Notes: generated by a model from the letters alone, not told the origin. A DNA stretch of 64,000 nt from Candidatus Peribacteria bacterium RIFCSPLOWO2_12_FULL_55_15 (GCA_001789045.1 MFYG01000021.1:13341-77340), one strand, 5' to 3'. Shown: positions 27,529 through 37,424, counted from the stretch's first letter. Numbers and translations: made by a program.

Positions 27529-28842
27529 ATGAATATTTATTGCAGTGGCATTGGGGGAATCGGACTCAGCGCCTACGCTTCTCTTCAGCAGGCACTGGGT
27601 CACCGAGTCTCTGGAAGTGACTCTGGAAGTACTCGTCTTCTTGGCGATTTCATGGGTCAGGGGATTACGGTGGCCACGGTGCAGGATGGCTCTGCTCTCC
27701 CGCCGGATACGGATCTTTTCGTCTACTCCGAGGCTGTTCCCTCTCATCATCCTGAGCGTGAACGTGCCAACGCACTTGGCATTCCCTCTTTCTCATATTT
27801 TCAGGCACTCGGTGATCTCTCTCGTCCGTCATTTGTGATTGCGGTGTGCGGTACGCACGGAAAGTCATCCACGGCCGCGATGGCGGCGCGCGTCCTGCTC
27901 TCCACAGGGAAGGATCCTACGGTGGTGGTGGGGACGATGGTGCCGGAATTGGATGGCAAGAATTGGCGGAAGGGGGGAGGGGAGATCTTCCTCCTCGAGG
28001 CATGCGAGTATCGGAAGTCGTTCCATTTTCTCTCTCCCGATCTCATTCTTCTCACGACGATCGATGGGGATCATTTCGATTACTACATAGACGTCTCCGC
28101 ATACGAGGAGGCGTTTAGAGAGTTTTTCCGTCTTCTTCCAGCGGAGGGCTCTCTCGTGGTGCATGGGGATGATCCTGCTGCTCTCCGTGTCGCTGGATCT
28201 TCTGGGCGACGCGTGATTGATGCGGATGTTTGTCCTCTGCCTGTTCTCTCTGTTCCTGGTCGTCACATGCAGGAAAATGCGCGTCTTGTTCTCGGGATGG
28301 CACAGGTCCTCGGGATTCCCATGGATGCGGCACGCTCTTCTCTTGCATGTTTCCAAGGAACATGGCGTCGTATGGAGGTGAAAGGAATACGCGATGATGA
28401 TGTATTGGTGATAGACGACTACGCCCATCATCCGCGGGAAATTCTTGTAACCATCGAAGCGCTCCGTGAGCGGTATCCCGAGCGTCGCATGGTCTGTGTT
28501 TTTCAGCCCCACACCCATGACCGCACGCGAAAATTCTACAGGGACTTTCCCCAGGTGTTTCGCGGCGTTCCTGTTGTCATTATTCCTTATATCTATGCCG
28601 TGCGTACGGAGAACGATACGGAAGAGGTCGATCTTTCTGCTTTTATTGAAGATGTTCGGGAAGGGAGCGGAGGTGAGGTCTTCGGGGATTTTACTCTCGA
28701 GGAAACGGCGACATTCCTCAATGAGGAGATTCTACATTCGGGGGATATTCTCCTCTGTATGGGTGCTGGAGACATTACGGTGCTGGCGGAGTGGATGATG
28801 ATGACGAAGTCTCCGTCCGGAGCCGCTCCAGCACCGCGCTAA
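27529..28842 (+). CDS. murC: UDP-N-acetylmuramate--L-alanine ligase
   Basis: GIGGIGLSAYA....G..VSGSD and GTHGKSSTAAM are present, with Mur ligase middle and C-terminal domains. Confidence 0.88.
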   Translation: MNIYCSGIGGIGLSAYASLQQALGHRVSGSDSGSTRLLGDFMGQGITVATVQDGSALPPDTDLFVYSEAVPSHHPERERANALGIPSFSYFQALGDLSRPSFVIAVCGTHGKSSTAAMAARVLLSTGKDPTVVVGTMVPELDGKNWRKGGGEIFLLEACEYRKSFHFLSPDLILLTTIDGDHFDYYIDVSAYEEAFREFFRLLPAEGSLVVHGDDPAALRVAGSSGRRVIDADVCPLPVLSVPGRHMQENARLVLGMAQVLGIPMDAARSSLACFQGTWRRMEVKGIRDDDVLVIDDYAHHPREILVTIEALRERYPERRMVCVFQPHTHDRTRKFYRDFPQVFRGVPVVIIPYIYAVRTENDTEEVDLSAFIEDVREGSGGEVFGDFTLEETATFLNEEILHSGDILLCMGAGDITVLAEWMMMTKSPSGAAPAPR

Positions 28843-30064
28843 CGATTTTTGCCATTTCTGCACGGTTCACCGGTTCCTCTGGACCAAAAGTACCGGTTGG
28901 CGCTCCTTGGGCATTCGTGTGACCGGCGATGATGTTCTCCTGAAATGCCGTTTCGATTGCTGCTGCGAATGGTGTTTCGATTACAACGTCAGAAAAGAGT
29001 TCCATCTTTGGCCACTGGAGCGGAATGTCGAGAGCGTGGAGTAGGGTCACAACGACTTCTCCCCTGGTGGCGGGTTTCAATGGGTCCACTCTTGGCGCAA
29101 TGTATGCCAGCCATCCTTTCCGTTCAGCCGATGCGAAGAATGGTGAGAACCATGTGCGGCGCGCGCGCGAGTTTTGCGGTTGTTTAGAAGGATTGGTGGG
29201 AGAAATGCCAACGAGGCGATGGGTGATTGCGGAAAGCTCCGCAAGGGTTACGGGATGCTCGGGACCGAATGTTCCCGTTGGTGTGCCGTTCGCATCTTTG
29301 TATCCCGCCATAATCCCAAACTTTGCTGCTGTAAAGACGAAAGGAGCAAACCAAGAGTCTTGTGGAATATCGTGGAATTCTCTGCGTGTGCCATCAGTGA
29401 TCACGGAGACGAGTTGTTCCTTTTCTTCCAGATGCTCCTGTCGCCTCCTCTCTGCTTCTTCGCAGATTAAGGTGATGGAGAAGGTGATGCGACTTCCCTT
29501 CTCGAGGAACAGGGATTTTGTCGGTGGGCTCACACATCCATCGAGTGGTCGGAAATTAACGCTGTACTGTCCCTCTGGCGTGGATGGGAATGAGGCTGGC
29601 GTTGTTCCGGTGAACGCTATCCTGTTCGGTCCTTTGAGATCGAAGGAGAGTTCTTTGGGATTACTATGGACGATGACTGTGCCGACACGGGTGAGGATGT
29701 AGTGGATGTTCACGCGGAGAGCGTCTCCTTCGGCGAATGTAAATGTCATCTGTGAGCGGTCAATGTTTTGTAAGACTTCTCCATTACTGTAGAGCCATAT
29801 TTTTATTTTTGCATTTGCTCCCTCCGGGGATGTTGCCATGATAGTGTAGCTGCCCGCGGCCGGTCTTTCCAGGGAATTTTGTACTTCAGTACTCGTGATT
29901 TGTTCATTTGTTGGTGTGATAAGAGTCCATTTTCCTATCGTTCCACTGGGGCTGTGTTGTTCAATGACGATGGTGTTTGGGAGGACGGACTCTTCGGCAG
30001 AGAGTGGAGTGATATTTTGGAGGAGAGAGAGGAGAGAGAGGAGTGGGAGGAGCAGGAGAAGCAT
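28775..30064 (-). CDS. Secreted surface protein with PEGA-like N-terminal region and three C-terminal SLH domains
   Basis: Signal peptide MLLLLLPLLSLLSLL and SPEGANAKIKI. SLH-like repeats FHDIPQDSWFAPFVFTAAKFGIMAGY..., WFSPFFASAERKGWL... and FSDVVIETPFAAAIETAFQENIIAGH... Its 3' end overlaps the murC 3' end. Confidence 0.75.
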   Translation of the reverse strand: MLLLLLPLLSLLSLLQNITPLSAEESVLPNTIVIEQHSPSGTIGKWTLITPTNEQITSTEVQNSLERPAAGSYTIMATSPEGANAKIKIWLYSNGEVLQNIDRSQMTFTFAEGDALRVNIHYILTRVGTVIVHSNPKELSFDLKGPNRIAFTGTTPASFPSTPEGQYSVNFRPLDGCVSPPTKSLFLEKGSRITFSITLICEEAERRRQEHLEEKEQLVSVITDGTRREFHDIPQDSWFAPFVFTAAKFGIMAGYKDANGTPTGTFGPEHPVTLAELSAITHRLVGISPTNPSKQPQNSRARRTWFSPFFASAERKGWLAYIAPRVDPLKPATRGEVVVTLLHALDIPLQWPKMELFSDVVIETPFAAAIETAFQENIIAGHTNAQGAPTGTFGPEEPVNRAEMAKIVSAVLERLRTETSSSSSTPPAP

Positions 30065-30076
30065 GCCACCATGGTA

Positions 30077-31411
30077 TCATAGGAGGGGATCGATGCGCGT
30101 TTTTCCGATGAAGATCCTCTGCTGCGGGGAAAGTTTGAGGGAACGGAGAGAAGCGACAATGCCGATGCGATCGAGGATGTGCAAAAGGCGTCGGACTGCA
30201 CTTGCATTCTTGGTATCGGTCATGGCAACGATCTGCTCGATACGTTTGCCACGAATGTACACCGTCGTTCCTTCTTGTGCGATCTGGTAACCGCTTGCGC
30301 GTGAGGAAGTCTGGTGGGGGCGTAGGACTGGGAGCGCGTTGTTGCTGGGCGCTTGGCGCTCGTTGCTTGGCGCGTTGCGTTTTTGTCGTTTCACGATGAC
30401 TAAAGGGAGGAGCTTTTTCTTAAGCTCTTCTGTGCCGTTTTTTGTTGCTGCCGAAAGAGTACAGAATACTTCGATATTTTCTCGCTCAAGTGACTGAATG
30501 ATGGCTTTCAATATCTGAGGTGAAAGGATGAGGTCAGTTTTATTAATGACGACGAGTTCTTGTTTTTCTGCGAGGAGCGGGGAGTATGCCGTGAGTTCCT
30601 TGCGAATGGTTTGGTAATCTTCGGCGATGGTATCGCTGTGAGCGCAGTCGAGGAGATGGACGAGGAGGCCACATCGTTCGATATGACGGAGGAAGCGGTC
30701 TCCTAACCCTTTTCCCGTACTTGCTCCTTTGATGAGGCCGGGAATATCGCAGACGATGTACGACGTGTCCGCTACTTTCACGACGCCAAGATTGGGGATG
30801 AGAGTGGTGAACGGATAGTCCGCAATGCGTGGGCGTGCGGAGCTTATGGCGGAGATTAATGTTGATTTTCCGACATTCGGAAGTCCGATGATGCCGATGT
30901 CGGCAATGAGTTTCAGTTCAAGTTTGTATTGTCGTTCCTCTCCCGGCTCGCCGAGCTCTGCAAAGTCTGGGCGTTGGCGAATGGAATTAACGAAGTAGGC
31001 GTTGCCGCAGCCTCCGCGCCCGCCGCGGGCGATGGTGACTTGGTCACCAGATTTTTCGAGATCAGCCAGGAGAACAAATTCCCCCTCCATGTGGGAGGGG
31101 ATTTCCCGCCCTTCCTTTTTTTCATAGACGAGGGTTCCATGGGGCACTTTCAAGACAAGATCATCTCCATCACTTCCGTGGCATTTTTTCCCTCCTCCCA
31201 TTTTTCCATCTTCGGCCGTGAAGCGTTTCTGGGAGGCGAAGGCGCTGAGGGTATCGGTATTGTCATCTGCGACGAGACACACGTTCCCCCCATTTCCTCC
31301 ATTCCCTCCATCAGGGCCTCCTTTTGGCACATATTTTTCCCGTCGCCAGGAGACAGACCCGCGTCCTCCATCCCCTCCACATGCTGTGATGATCACTTCA
31401 TCGAGGAACAT
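30077..31411 (-). CDS. obg: GTPase Obg/CgtA
   Basis: MFLDEV.I....GDGG.G..S.RREK, the glycine-rich GGPDGGNGGNGGNV, the G domain GLPNVGKSTL, and a C-terminal OCT-like domain. Confidence 0.93.
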   Translation of the reverse strand: MFLDEVIITACGGDGGRGSVSWRREKYVPKGGPDGGNGGNGGNVCLVADDNTDTLSAFASQKRFTAEDGKMGGGKKCHGSDGDDLVLKVPHGTLVYEKKEGREIPSHMEGEFVLLADLEKSGDQVTIARGGRGGCGNAYFVNSIRQRPDFAELGEPGEERQYKLELKLIADIGIIGLPNVGKSTLISAISSARPRIADYPFTTLIPNLGVVKVADTSYIVCDIPGLIKGASTGKGLGDRFLRHIERCGLLVHLLDCAHSDTIAEDYQTIRKELTAYSPLLAEKQELVVINKTDLILSPQILKAIIQSLERENIEVFCTLSAATKNGTEELKKKLLPLVIVKRQKRNAPSNERQAPSNNALPVLRPHQTSSRASGYQIAQEGTTVYIRGKRIEQIVAMTDTKNASAVRRLLHILDRIGIVASLRSLKLSPQQRIFIGKTRIDPLL

Positions 31412-31455
31412 AGATCTAAATTATAGGTGATTTTCGCACGGTTCCAATTTTTGTG

Positions 31456-31496
31456 TTGACTGGGTGAAATTATCACTCTAAACTTCTGAGTGATAG
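31456..31496 (+). promoter_or_regulatory. dnaK promoter candidate with an overlapping CIRCE-like inverted repeat (HrcA operator type)
   Basis: TTGACT (31456-61), a 17-nt spacer, then TAAACT (31479-84). The inverted repeat TTATCACTC-N9-GAGTGATAG (31470-31496) compares with the CIRCE consensus TTAGCACTC-N9-GAGTGCTAA. Confidence 0.6.
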
Positions 31497-31517
31497 TCTA
31501 TTTTCCATCTCTTTTTT

Positions 31518-33419
31518 ATGTCAAAGATCATTGGTATTGACCTCGGCACGACGAATTCCTGCGTTGCAGTGATAGAGGGCGGTGAATCTGTGGTGATTCC
31601 CAATGCAGAGGGGAATCGGACAACGCCGTCGGTCGTTGCTTATAAGGATGCGGAAGTGCTCGTTGGTGTGAGTGCGAAACGTCAGGCGGTGACGAATTCC
31701 AAGCATACGATTTTCTCTGCAAAGCGCTTCATTGGTCGTCGCTTTGAGGAGGTTCAGGCTGAGGCAAAGCGGATGCCATTTGAAGTAAAGATGGGAAAGG
31801 AAGGCCGTGCAGTCATTGTGGTGCATGGGAAGGAAATGCTCCCGCAGGAAGTCAGTGCCAAAGTACTTCAGAAACTCAAGCGCGACGCAGAGGCATACCT
31901 TGGGACAACCGTGCAGAAGGCCGTCATCACTGTCCCAGCATATTTCGATGATTCCCAGCGGCAGGCGACGAAGGATGCAGGGGAGATTGCAGGTCTTGAG
32001 GTGGTGCGTATCATCAATGAGCCGACTGCTGCTGCTCTTGCGTATGGTCTTGATAAGACGAAAGAGCATAAGATTGTCGTCTACGATCTTGGCGGTGGCA
32101 CGTTCGATGTTTCCGTGCTCGATCTTGGTGATGGGGTGTTTGAGGTGATTTCGACGAATGGAGACACACACCTTGGCGGGGATGACTTCGATCAGCACAT
32201 TATCGATTGGATTCTTCACGAATTCAAGAAGGAACACGGGGTCGATCTGAGCCAAGACCGCATCGCGCTCCAGCGCCTGAAGGAAGCTGCGGAGAAGGCG
32301 AAGATCGAACTCTCTTCCGCAACAGAGACGGAGATCAACTTACCATTCATCACTGCCGATGCGTCGGGTCCCAAGCATCTTCTCCTCAAGTTGTCCCGCG
32401 CAAAGTTGGAGGCGCTCGTTAGTGACCTCGTTGAGCGGAGCAAAGAACCGTGTCTCAAGGCGCTCAAAAATGCCAAGCTGAAGAAAGGGGACATCGATGA
32501 GGTGGTTCTCGTTGGGGGGATGACGCGCATGCCTGCGGTGGTTGCGACGGTAAAGGAGCTTTTCGGGAAGGAACCCCACCAGGGTGTGAATCCTGATGAA
32601 GTGGTTGCCATAGGTGCTGCCATCCAAGCTGGGGTGCTTGGGGGTGATATTCATAAAGATATTGTTCTCGTCGATGTGACTCCCTTACGTCTTGGGATCG
32701 AAACGCTCGGTGGGGTTGCAACCACGATGATCGAACACAATACGAAGATTCCAACGGCGAAGACGCAAGTTTTTTCGACGGCTGCGGATAGCCAATCCTC
32801 TGTTGAGGTGCATGTGACGCAAGGGGAACGCGAGATGGCCGGAGATAACAAGTCGCTTGGTCGTTTCATTCTCGATGGTATTCCTCCCGCTCCTCGGGGG
32901 TTACCGCAAATCGAGGTTACGTTCGATATCGATAGTAATGGTATCCTTAGTGTGAGAGCGAAAGATAATGGGACAGGCAAGGAGCAACACATCACGATCC
33001 AGGGGTCGACGGGGATTAGTAAAGAAGAGGTGGAAAAGATGAAGAAAGATGCGGAGTTCCATATGGAGGAGGATAAGAAGAAGCGCGAGCGCATTGATGC
33101 ACGGAATCAGGCGGATGCGCTTCTCTTCAATCTCGAGAAACAGATGCACGAGCATGATGCGAAGTTGTCCGATAGTGTGAAGAAAACGGTGAATACGAGG
33201 ATGAATGATCTCAAGGATCTCCTGAAGAAGGATTCTGCAACGGTGGAGGATATCAAGAAAGCGACGGAGGAGCTGGCTGTTTCTGCTCAAGAGATTGGGA
33301 AGGTGGTGTATGAGGAGGCGCGAAAGAAGGATGGAAAGGATTCATCCTCCTCTGTCAAGGCTACGGAGGACAAGAAGGAGAAAGTAGTGGAAGGGGAGGT
33401 GGTGGAAGAGAAGAAGTAA
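31518..33419 (+). CDS. dnaK: Molecular chaperone DnaK (Hsp70)
   Basis: [24 protein letters not shown] and [10 protein letters not shown] are present. Confidence 0.97.
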   Translation: MSKIIGIDLGTTNSCVAVIEGGESVVIPNAEGNRTTPSVVAYKDAEVLVGVSAKRQAVTNSKHTIFSAKRFIGRRFEEVQAEAKRMPFEVKMGKEGRAVIVVHGKEMLPQEVSAKVLQKLKRDAEAYLGTTVQKAVITVPAYFDDSQRQATKDAGEIAGLEVVRIINEPTAAALAYGLDKTKEHKIVVYDLGGGTFDVSVLDLGDGVFEVISTNGDTHLGGDDFDQHIIDWILHEFKKEHGVDLSQDRIALQRLKEAAEKAKIELSSATETEINLPFITADASGPKHLLLKLSRAKLEALVSDLVERSKEPCLKALKNAKLKKGDIDEVVLVGGMTRMPAVVATVKELFGKEPHQGVNPDEVVAIGAAIQAGVLGGDIHKDIVLVDVTPLRLGIETLGGVATTMIEHNTKIPTAKTQVFSTAADSQSSVEVHVTQGEREMAGDNKSLGRFILDGIPPAPRGLPQIEVTFDIDSNGILSVRAKDNGTGKEQHITIQGSTGISKEEVEKMKKDAEFHMEEDKKKRERIDARNQADALLFNLEKQMHEHDAKLSDSVKKTVNTRMNDLKDLLKKDSATVEDIKKATEELAVSAQEIGKVVYEEARKKDGKDSSSSVKATEDKKEKVVEGEVVEEKK

Positions 33420-33438
33420 TGGATCGGTTTCCTCCTTC

Positions 33439-33502
33439 GCCATCCGGCTCTCGCTGGCCCGACAAATCTGAACCGTGTCGGTCTGCACTCGAGCCGGATG
33501 GC
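33439..33502. other. Long nested hairpin between the convergent genes dnaK and gap (bidirectional terminator candidate)
   Basis: A 12-bp perfect outer stem GCCATCCGGCTC / GAGCCGGATGGC encloses an inner stem CCGACA / TGTCGG. Confidence 0.5.
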
Positions 33503-33541
33503 TCATGGTTCTGACTGAAAGATGTTTTATTTCATTCGGTA

Positions 33542-34549
33542 TTACATTCGTTCCCCAATATATTTCGCTAGTTCGACTAAGCGATTACTGTAGCCCCACT
33601 CGTTGTCGTACCACGCGAGGACTTTCACCAGGGAACTGTTGGTGACCATGGTGCTCAGGCTGTCAACGATGCTCGAGCGCGGATCCCCGCGGAAGTCGGA
33701 ACTGACGAGCGGTTTGTCTTCTACCCCGAGGATGTTTTTCATCTTTCCTTCTGCCGCTTTTCGAAGAGCGGCATTGACAGCTTCCGGTGTGGTCTTCTTT
33801 TCAACGACACAGACGAAATCCGTAATACTCACTGTTGGGGTCGGGACGCGGATGGCGAGACCGTTCAGTTTCCCCTTGAGGGTGGGAATGACCAGCTCCA
33901 CCGTCTTGGCCGCCCCCGTCGTTGTCGGAATGATGTTTTCCGCTGCGCTCCGTGCCCGGCGCCAGTCCTTGTGGGGAAAATCGAGGATGCGCTGGTCATT
34001 CGTATAGCTGTGGACGGTGGTCATGAGGCCGGAGACGATGCCGAATGCATCGTCGAGCACCTTCGCGATGGGGGCGAGAGAGTTCGTCGTGCAGGAGGCG
34101 TTGCTGATCACATGCATGGTCTTCGGGTCGTACATTTCCTCGTTCACGCCGAGGCAGAACGTCCCATCGGCGGTGTCTTTACAGGGGGCGGAGACAATGG
34201 CCTTCTTAGCCCCCGCTGTGAGATGGAGCGCGGCCTCGTCACGCTTTGTGAATTTCCCTGTGCATTCGAGAACGACGTCGACCTTCAGTTCTTTGTAGGG
34301 GAGCGTGAGAGGATCCTTGCAGGCCGTGGTCCGTATTTTCCCATACTTGCTTGCGAGCATTCCGTCTTTGTAGCACGCGCCGCCGCAGTCGAACCGGCCG
34401 TATGTCGAGTCGAATTCGAAGAGATGTGCGAGGGTTTCCCCGTCCGTGAGGTCGTTGATGAGGACGCAACGGATGTCCGGATGTTTTGTGAGGATGATGC
34501 GCAGCGCCTGTCTCCCGATGCGGCCGAAGCCGTTGATGGCGAGGTTCAT
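33542..34549 (-). CDS. gap: Glyceraldehyde-3-phosphate dehydrogenase, canonical type I
   Basis: INGFGRIGR, SNASCTTNSLAP, TGAAKTV and WYDNEWGYS are present. I chose the ATG at 34549 (MNLAING). Confidence 0.93.
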   Translation of the reverse strand: MNLAINGFGRIGRQALRIILTKHPDIRCVLINDLTDGETLAHLFEFDSTYGRFDCGGACYKDGMLASKYGKIRTTACKDPLTLPYKELKVDVVLECTGKFTKRDEAALHLTAGAKKAIVSAPCKDTADGTFCLGVNEEMYDPKTMHVISNASCTTNSLAPIAKVLDDAFGIVSGLMTTVHSYTNDQRILDFPHKDWRRARSAAENIIPTTTGAAKTVELVIPTLKGKLNGLAIRVPTPTVSITDFVCVVEKKTTPEAVNAALRKAAEGKMKNILGVEDKPLVSSDFRGDPRSSIVDSLSTMVTNSSLVKVLAWYDNEWGYSNRLVELAKYIGERM

Positions 34550-34643
34550 AGTGAAGAGTGTAGCACTGCTGCTGCGCCAGACAGCACTCGCTTGCCCGAT
34601 GAATCCGAACCGCATCGGTGCGCTTGTGCTGTCTGGCTCCGCG

Positions 34644-34677
34644 TAAAAACCCCCCCCACCGACCGTCGGTGGGGGGG
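34644..34677 (-). terminator. Strong Rho-independent terminator downstream of the protease gene
   Basis: On the minus strand, a 13-bp G/C-rich stem (C8ACCGA / TCGGTG8) with a 3-nt loop is followed directly by TTTTT. Confidence 0.8.
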
Positions 34678-34713
34678 GTCACAGGAATGGCACTGAGATT
34701 CCGAGTAGTTGTC

Positions 34714-35706
34714 TTACTTCCGGAACTCTCTGATCACTCGGAGGATCAGGGGGTCCTGAGGGGTGATGGTTCCTTCCATGAGGCCCGTACCGTTGGTTCC
34801 GATAGGGCGGATCAGGAAGCGGAAATCCTTTGCATCCTTGCCGTTTTCCTTGGCCCGTTCTCCCGAAGAGAACGAATAGCCGCTGTCGTCGGCGTGGAGT
34901 TTCTTGAGTTCTTCCTCACTCGGTACCGGGAGCGAATGATCGAGAGCCCATTGGATCCCGTTCCGCTCCGTCCATGCCTTCAGTCGCCTCACCGGAACGA
35001 TAAGATTAAACGTTTCGCCCGCTCCGCGGACGACCATGCCGACATACTTGCCTTTGCCGTCGTAGACGCCACCGCCGGAGCTTCCCGGGAAAGCAGCGAC
35101 CGTGGTCTGGTCATAGACTTTCCCCATGTACACGCGTCCGTGCTGCGACATGATGCCACGGGTCATGGAGTTCGATCCGAATTGTCCGAGGAGCGAACCC
35201 ATGTGGTAGAGCGTCGTGCCTACAGGGGGAAGTTTCTTGTCGAGATAGAAGGAGGCCGACTTGTCGAAGGCTCCCTTCCGTCGCAGCTCGATCAGCGCGA
35301 GGTCCTCGCAATTCTCGGCATCCGAGTACTTCACGATGCGGGCGAACCATCGGACATCGCCGACGGTCCGTCCCTCGTCGTCGCGGTACTGGAGGATGAC
35401 GGAAGCGTCATCGAATTCGACGACCATCCGCCTTGTTCCCGTCTTGGAATCAATGATTTCGCGGGTACTTCGCAGACCCGCGACCACGTGTCCTGCCGTG
35501 ATGAGGTAGGTCCTGCCGTCGACGACACGGCACACGGTGCTGGACCCTTCGGTGAACCCCGCCCGGATGGTCACCGATGTGGCCTGCAGGTGTTCGCCTA
35601 GGTCCTCGGGGCTGCCGATTTTCAGGTCAGCCGAGGCGGAGGGAGGAGCTGGCTTCTTTTCCTGTGCGGCCGCGAAAGCGGTCGAAGCGACCAGGATGGT
35701 CGCCAT
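34714..35706 (-). CDS. Secreted trypsin-like (S1/Trypsin_2) serine protease; the 5' end appears frameshifted
   Basis: Triad contexts ITAGHVV, EDLALIEL and FPGSSGGGVY are present. An ATG at 35746 with an AAGGAG SD 7 nt upstream encodes MNTKKWKGAIIRA. This joins the main frame (..LMATILVASTAFAAAQE) only after a 1-nt shift. Confidence 0.75.
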   Translation of the reverse strand: MATILVASTAFAAAQEKKPAPPSASADLKIGSPEDLGEHLQATSVTIRAGFTEGSSTVCRVVDGRTYLITAGHVVAGLRSTREIIDSKTGTRRMVVEFDDASVILQYRDDEGRTVGDVRWFARIVKYSDAENCEDLALIELRRKGAFDKSASFYLDKKLPPVGTTLYHMGSLLGQFGSNSMTRGIMSQHGRVYMGKVYDQTTVAAFPGSSGGGVYDGKGKYVGMVVRGAGETFNLIVPVRRLKAWTERNGIQWALDHSLPVPSEEELKKLHADDSGYSFSSGERAKENGKDAKDFRFLIRPIGTNGTGLMEGTITPQDPLILRVIREFRK

Positions 35707-35932
35707 CAGCGCGGATGATCGCGCCTTTCCACTTCTTCGTGTTCATGAGATTTCTCCTTTTGTCAGTGCCGTTCCTGTGAATGAACGTGACCTGAACGTG
35801 TCAAGTCAATCTTGTGCCCTACGGAGGGTTTTTCCGCTGGTCAAAAGGAATGTCTGGCGAACTTGACAGTAGTGGTGTCTCATGTGTTTTTGTAAATTAT
35901 TCTTGACACTCCATCAAGAGTGTTTCGTAAAG

Positions 35933-35955
35933 CTTCGACTTCGCTCAGGATGACA
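35933..35955 (+). repeat. Third (half) copy of the conserved-loop element CTTCGACTTCGCTCAGGATGACA
   Basis: It matches CCTTCGACTACGCTCAGGGTGACAC at 8759-8783 in the same orientation. The left stem arm is absent. Confidence 0.55.
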
Positions 35956-35969
35956 TTTAGTATGCTCGC

Positions 35970-37358
35970 GTGTCTCTCTCTCGCGAAATTACCGATCGAG
36001 CGCTGGCGTCGCCGCAGGGGGATGGGGCGTATCGTATCACTGAGAAGCTCACAGATGCCGGGTACGACACGTGGTGGGTCGGCGGATGCGTGCGGGATAT
36101 GCTCCTGGGGCAGGTGCCGCAGGACATCGATATCGGCACGGCGGCTCCTCCGGAAGCCGTATGCGTGCTTTTTCCGCAGGCGGATCTCAAGGGGAAGGAG
36201 TTCGGCAGCGTGCATGTCCTCCTCGGCCGGCGCCGCTTTGAGGTGACGACGTTCCGGGAAGATGACGAGGCATCCGATGGGCGTCGTCCGGAAACCGTCG
36301 CGTTCGGTACGCGGGAAGCCGATGCGCGGCGCCGTGACTTCACGGTGAATGCCCTCTACTTCCATCCCATTTCCCGGGAACTCTACGATCCATTCGGCGG
36401 CGAAGCCGATCTACGGGAGTTGCTACTTCGGTTTATCGGGGAACCGGCGATCCGTATCAAGCACGACGCATTGCGGCTTCTGCGGGCAGTGCGTTTTCGC
36501 GCTTTCCTCAAAGGACAGTATCATCCGGAGACCTATGCGGCGCTGCGAGAGCAGGCGAACATGGTCGAGGTCCTCTCCGGTGCGCGTATTTTTGAGGAAC
36601 TGACGAAGATACTCCTCGGGCCGCGACCAGCGATGGCACTGGAGGATCTGCGGGAGCTGGGGATTCTTTCTTACGTTCTTCCGGAGCTCACTGCCTGTAA
36701 GGGGGTTCCCCAACCGACTGATTATCACCATGAGGGCGATGTGTGGGAGCATATTCTCGCCTGTGCTCGAGCCTTCCGCGAGGAAGACTGCATCGATGTG
36801 CGACTTGCTGCACTCTTTCATGATTGTGGGAAAGTCCAGACTTTTTCTCTCAAGGAACGTATCCGGTTTGATCATCATGCAAGTGTATCTGCGGATATTG
36901 CTGCGCATGCACTGCGACGATTGCAGTGCACAGAGCGGCGGGTAGAAAAAATTACATGGCTCATCCAGCATCACATGATGATGGGATCATTTGAAAAGAT
37001 GCCTCTCGAGCGGCATGGATATTGGTATTACCATCCATGGTTTCCGGAACTCCTCCAGGTGATGTGGCTCGATATCGCGGGGACCGATCCTGCGGACTTT
37101 TCTTTGTATAATAAAATTGTTCAATTACGGGAGCAGTTCCTCGATCATCACCCACGTCCGGAGAAGCCGTTCCTCTCGGGGGAGGAGGTGATGGAAATTT
37201 TGGGGATGCAGCCGGGGGAGAAGGTGGGAGGGGTGCTGAAAGCTCTGCACGATGCGCAGATCCAGAGGCAAATTACGACGAAGAAGGAGGCGCGAGATTT
37301 TTTGAAACGGTTTCCAGGATTTCCTCTCCCCGGGGGAGAGGAAACAGGAGAGGGGTAG
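35970..37358 (+). CDS. cca: tRNA nucleotidyltransferase (CCA-adding enzyme / PcnB family) with HD domain
   Basis: WVGGCVRDMLLG..P.DIDI, RRDFTVNAL and HD-domain motifs HHEGDVWEH and FHDCGK are present. The start is GTG. Confidence 0.85.
   Translation: MSLSREITDRALASPQGDGAYRITEKLTDAGYDTWWVGGCVRDMLLGQVPQDIDIGTAAPPEAVCVLFPQADLKGKEFGSVHVLLGRRRFEVTTFREDDEASDGRRPETVAFGTREADARRRDFTVNALYFHPISRELYDPFGGEADLRELLLRFIGEPAIRIKHDALRLLRAVRFRAFLKGQYHPETYAALREQANMVEVLSGARIFEELTKILLGPRPAMALEDLRELGILSYVLPELTACKGVPQPTDYHHEGDVWEHILACARAFREEDCIDVRLAALFHDCGKVQTFSLKERIRFDHHASVSADIAAHALRRLQCTERRVEKITWLIQHHMMMGSFEKMPLERHGYWYYHPWFPELLQVMWLDIAGTDPADFSLYNKIVQLREQFLDHHPRPEKPFLSGEEVMEILGMQPGEKVGGVLKALHDAQIQRQITTKKEARDFLKRFPGFPLPGGEETGEG
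37321..37343. repeat. REP-like perfect palindrome TTCCTCTCCCC-G-GGGGAGAGGAA inside the last 13 codons of cca
   Basis: 11-bp arms read directly from the sequence. A second imperfect hairpin, ATCCCCCCAC/GTGGGAGGGGAT, follows at 37365-37388. Confidence 0.65.
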
Positions 37359-37424
37359 CGGATCGATCCCCCCACGTGGGAGGGGATAGACGGAGCCTGT
37401 TCTCGGCGAGTACATTTTCTTCCT

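Noticed and set aside
34649-34677. G8/C8 runs as a G-quadruplex or a sequencing artefact
   Set aside because: The two runs are perfectly complementary arms of a hairpin followed by a T-tract on the coding strand of the upstream gene. This is a standard intrinsic terminator.
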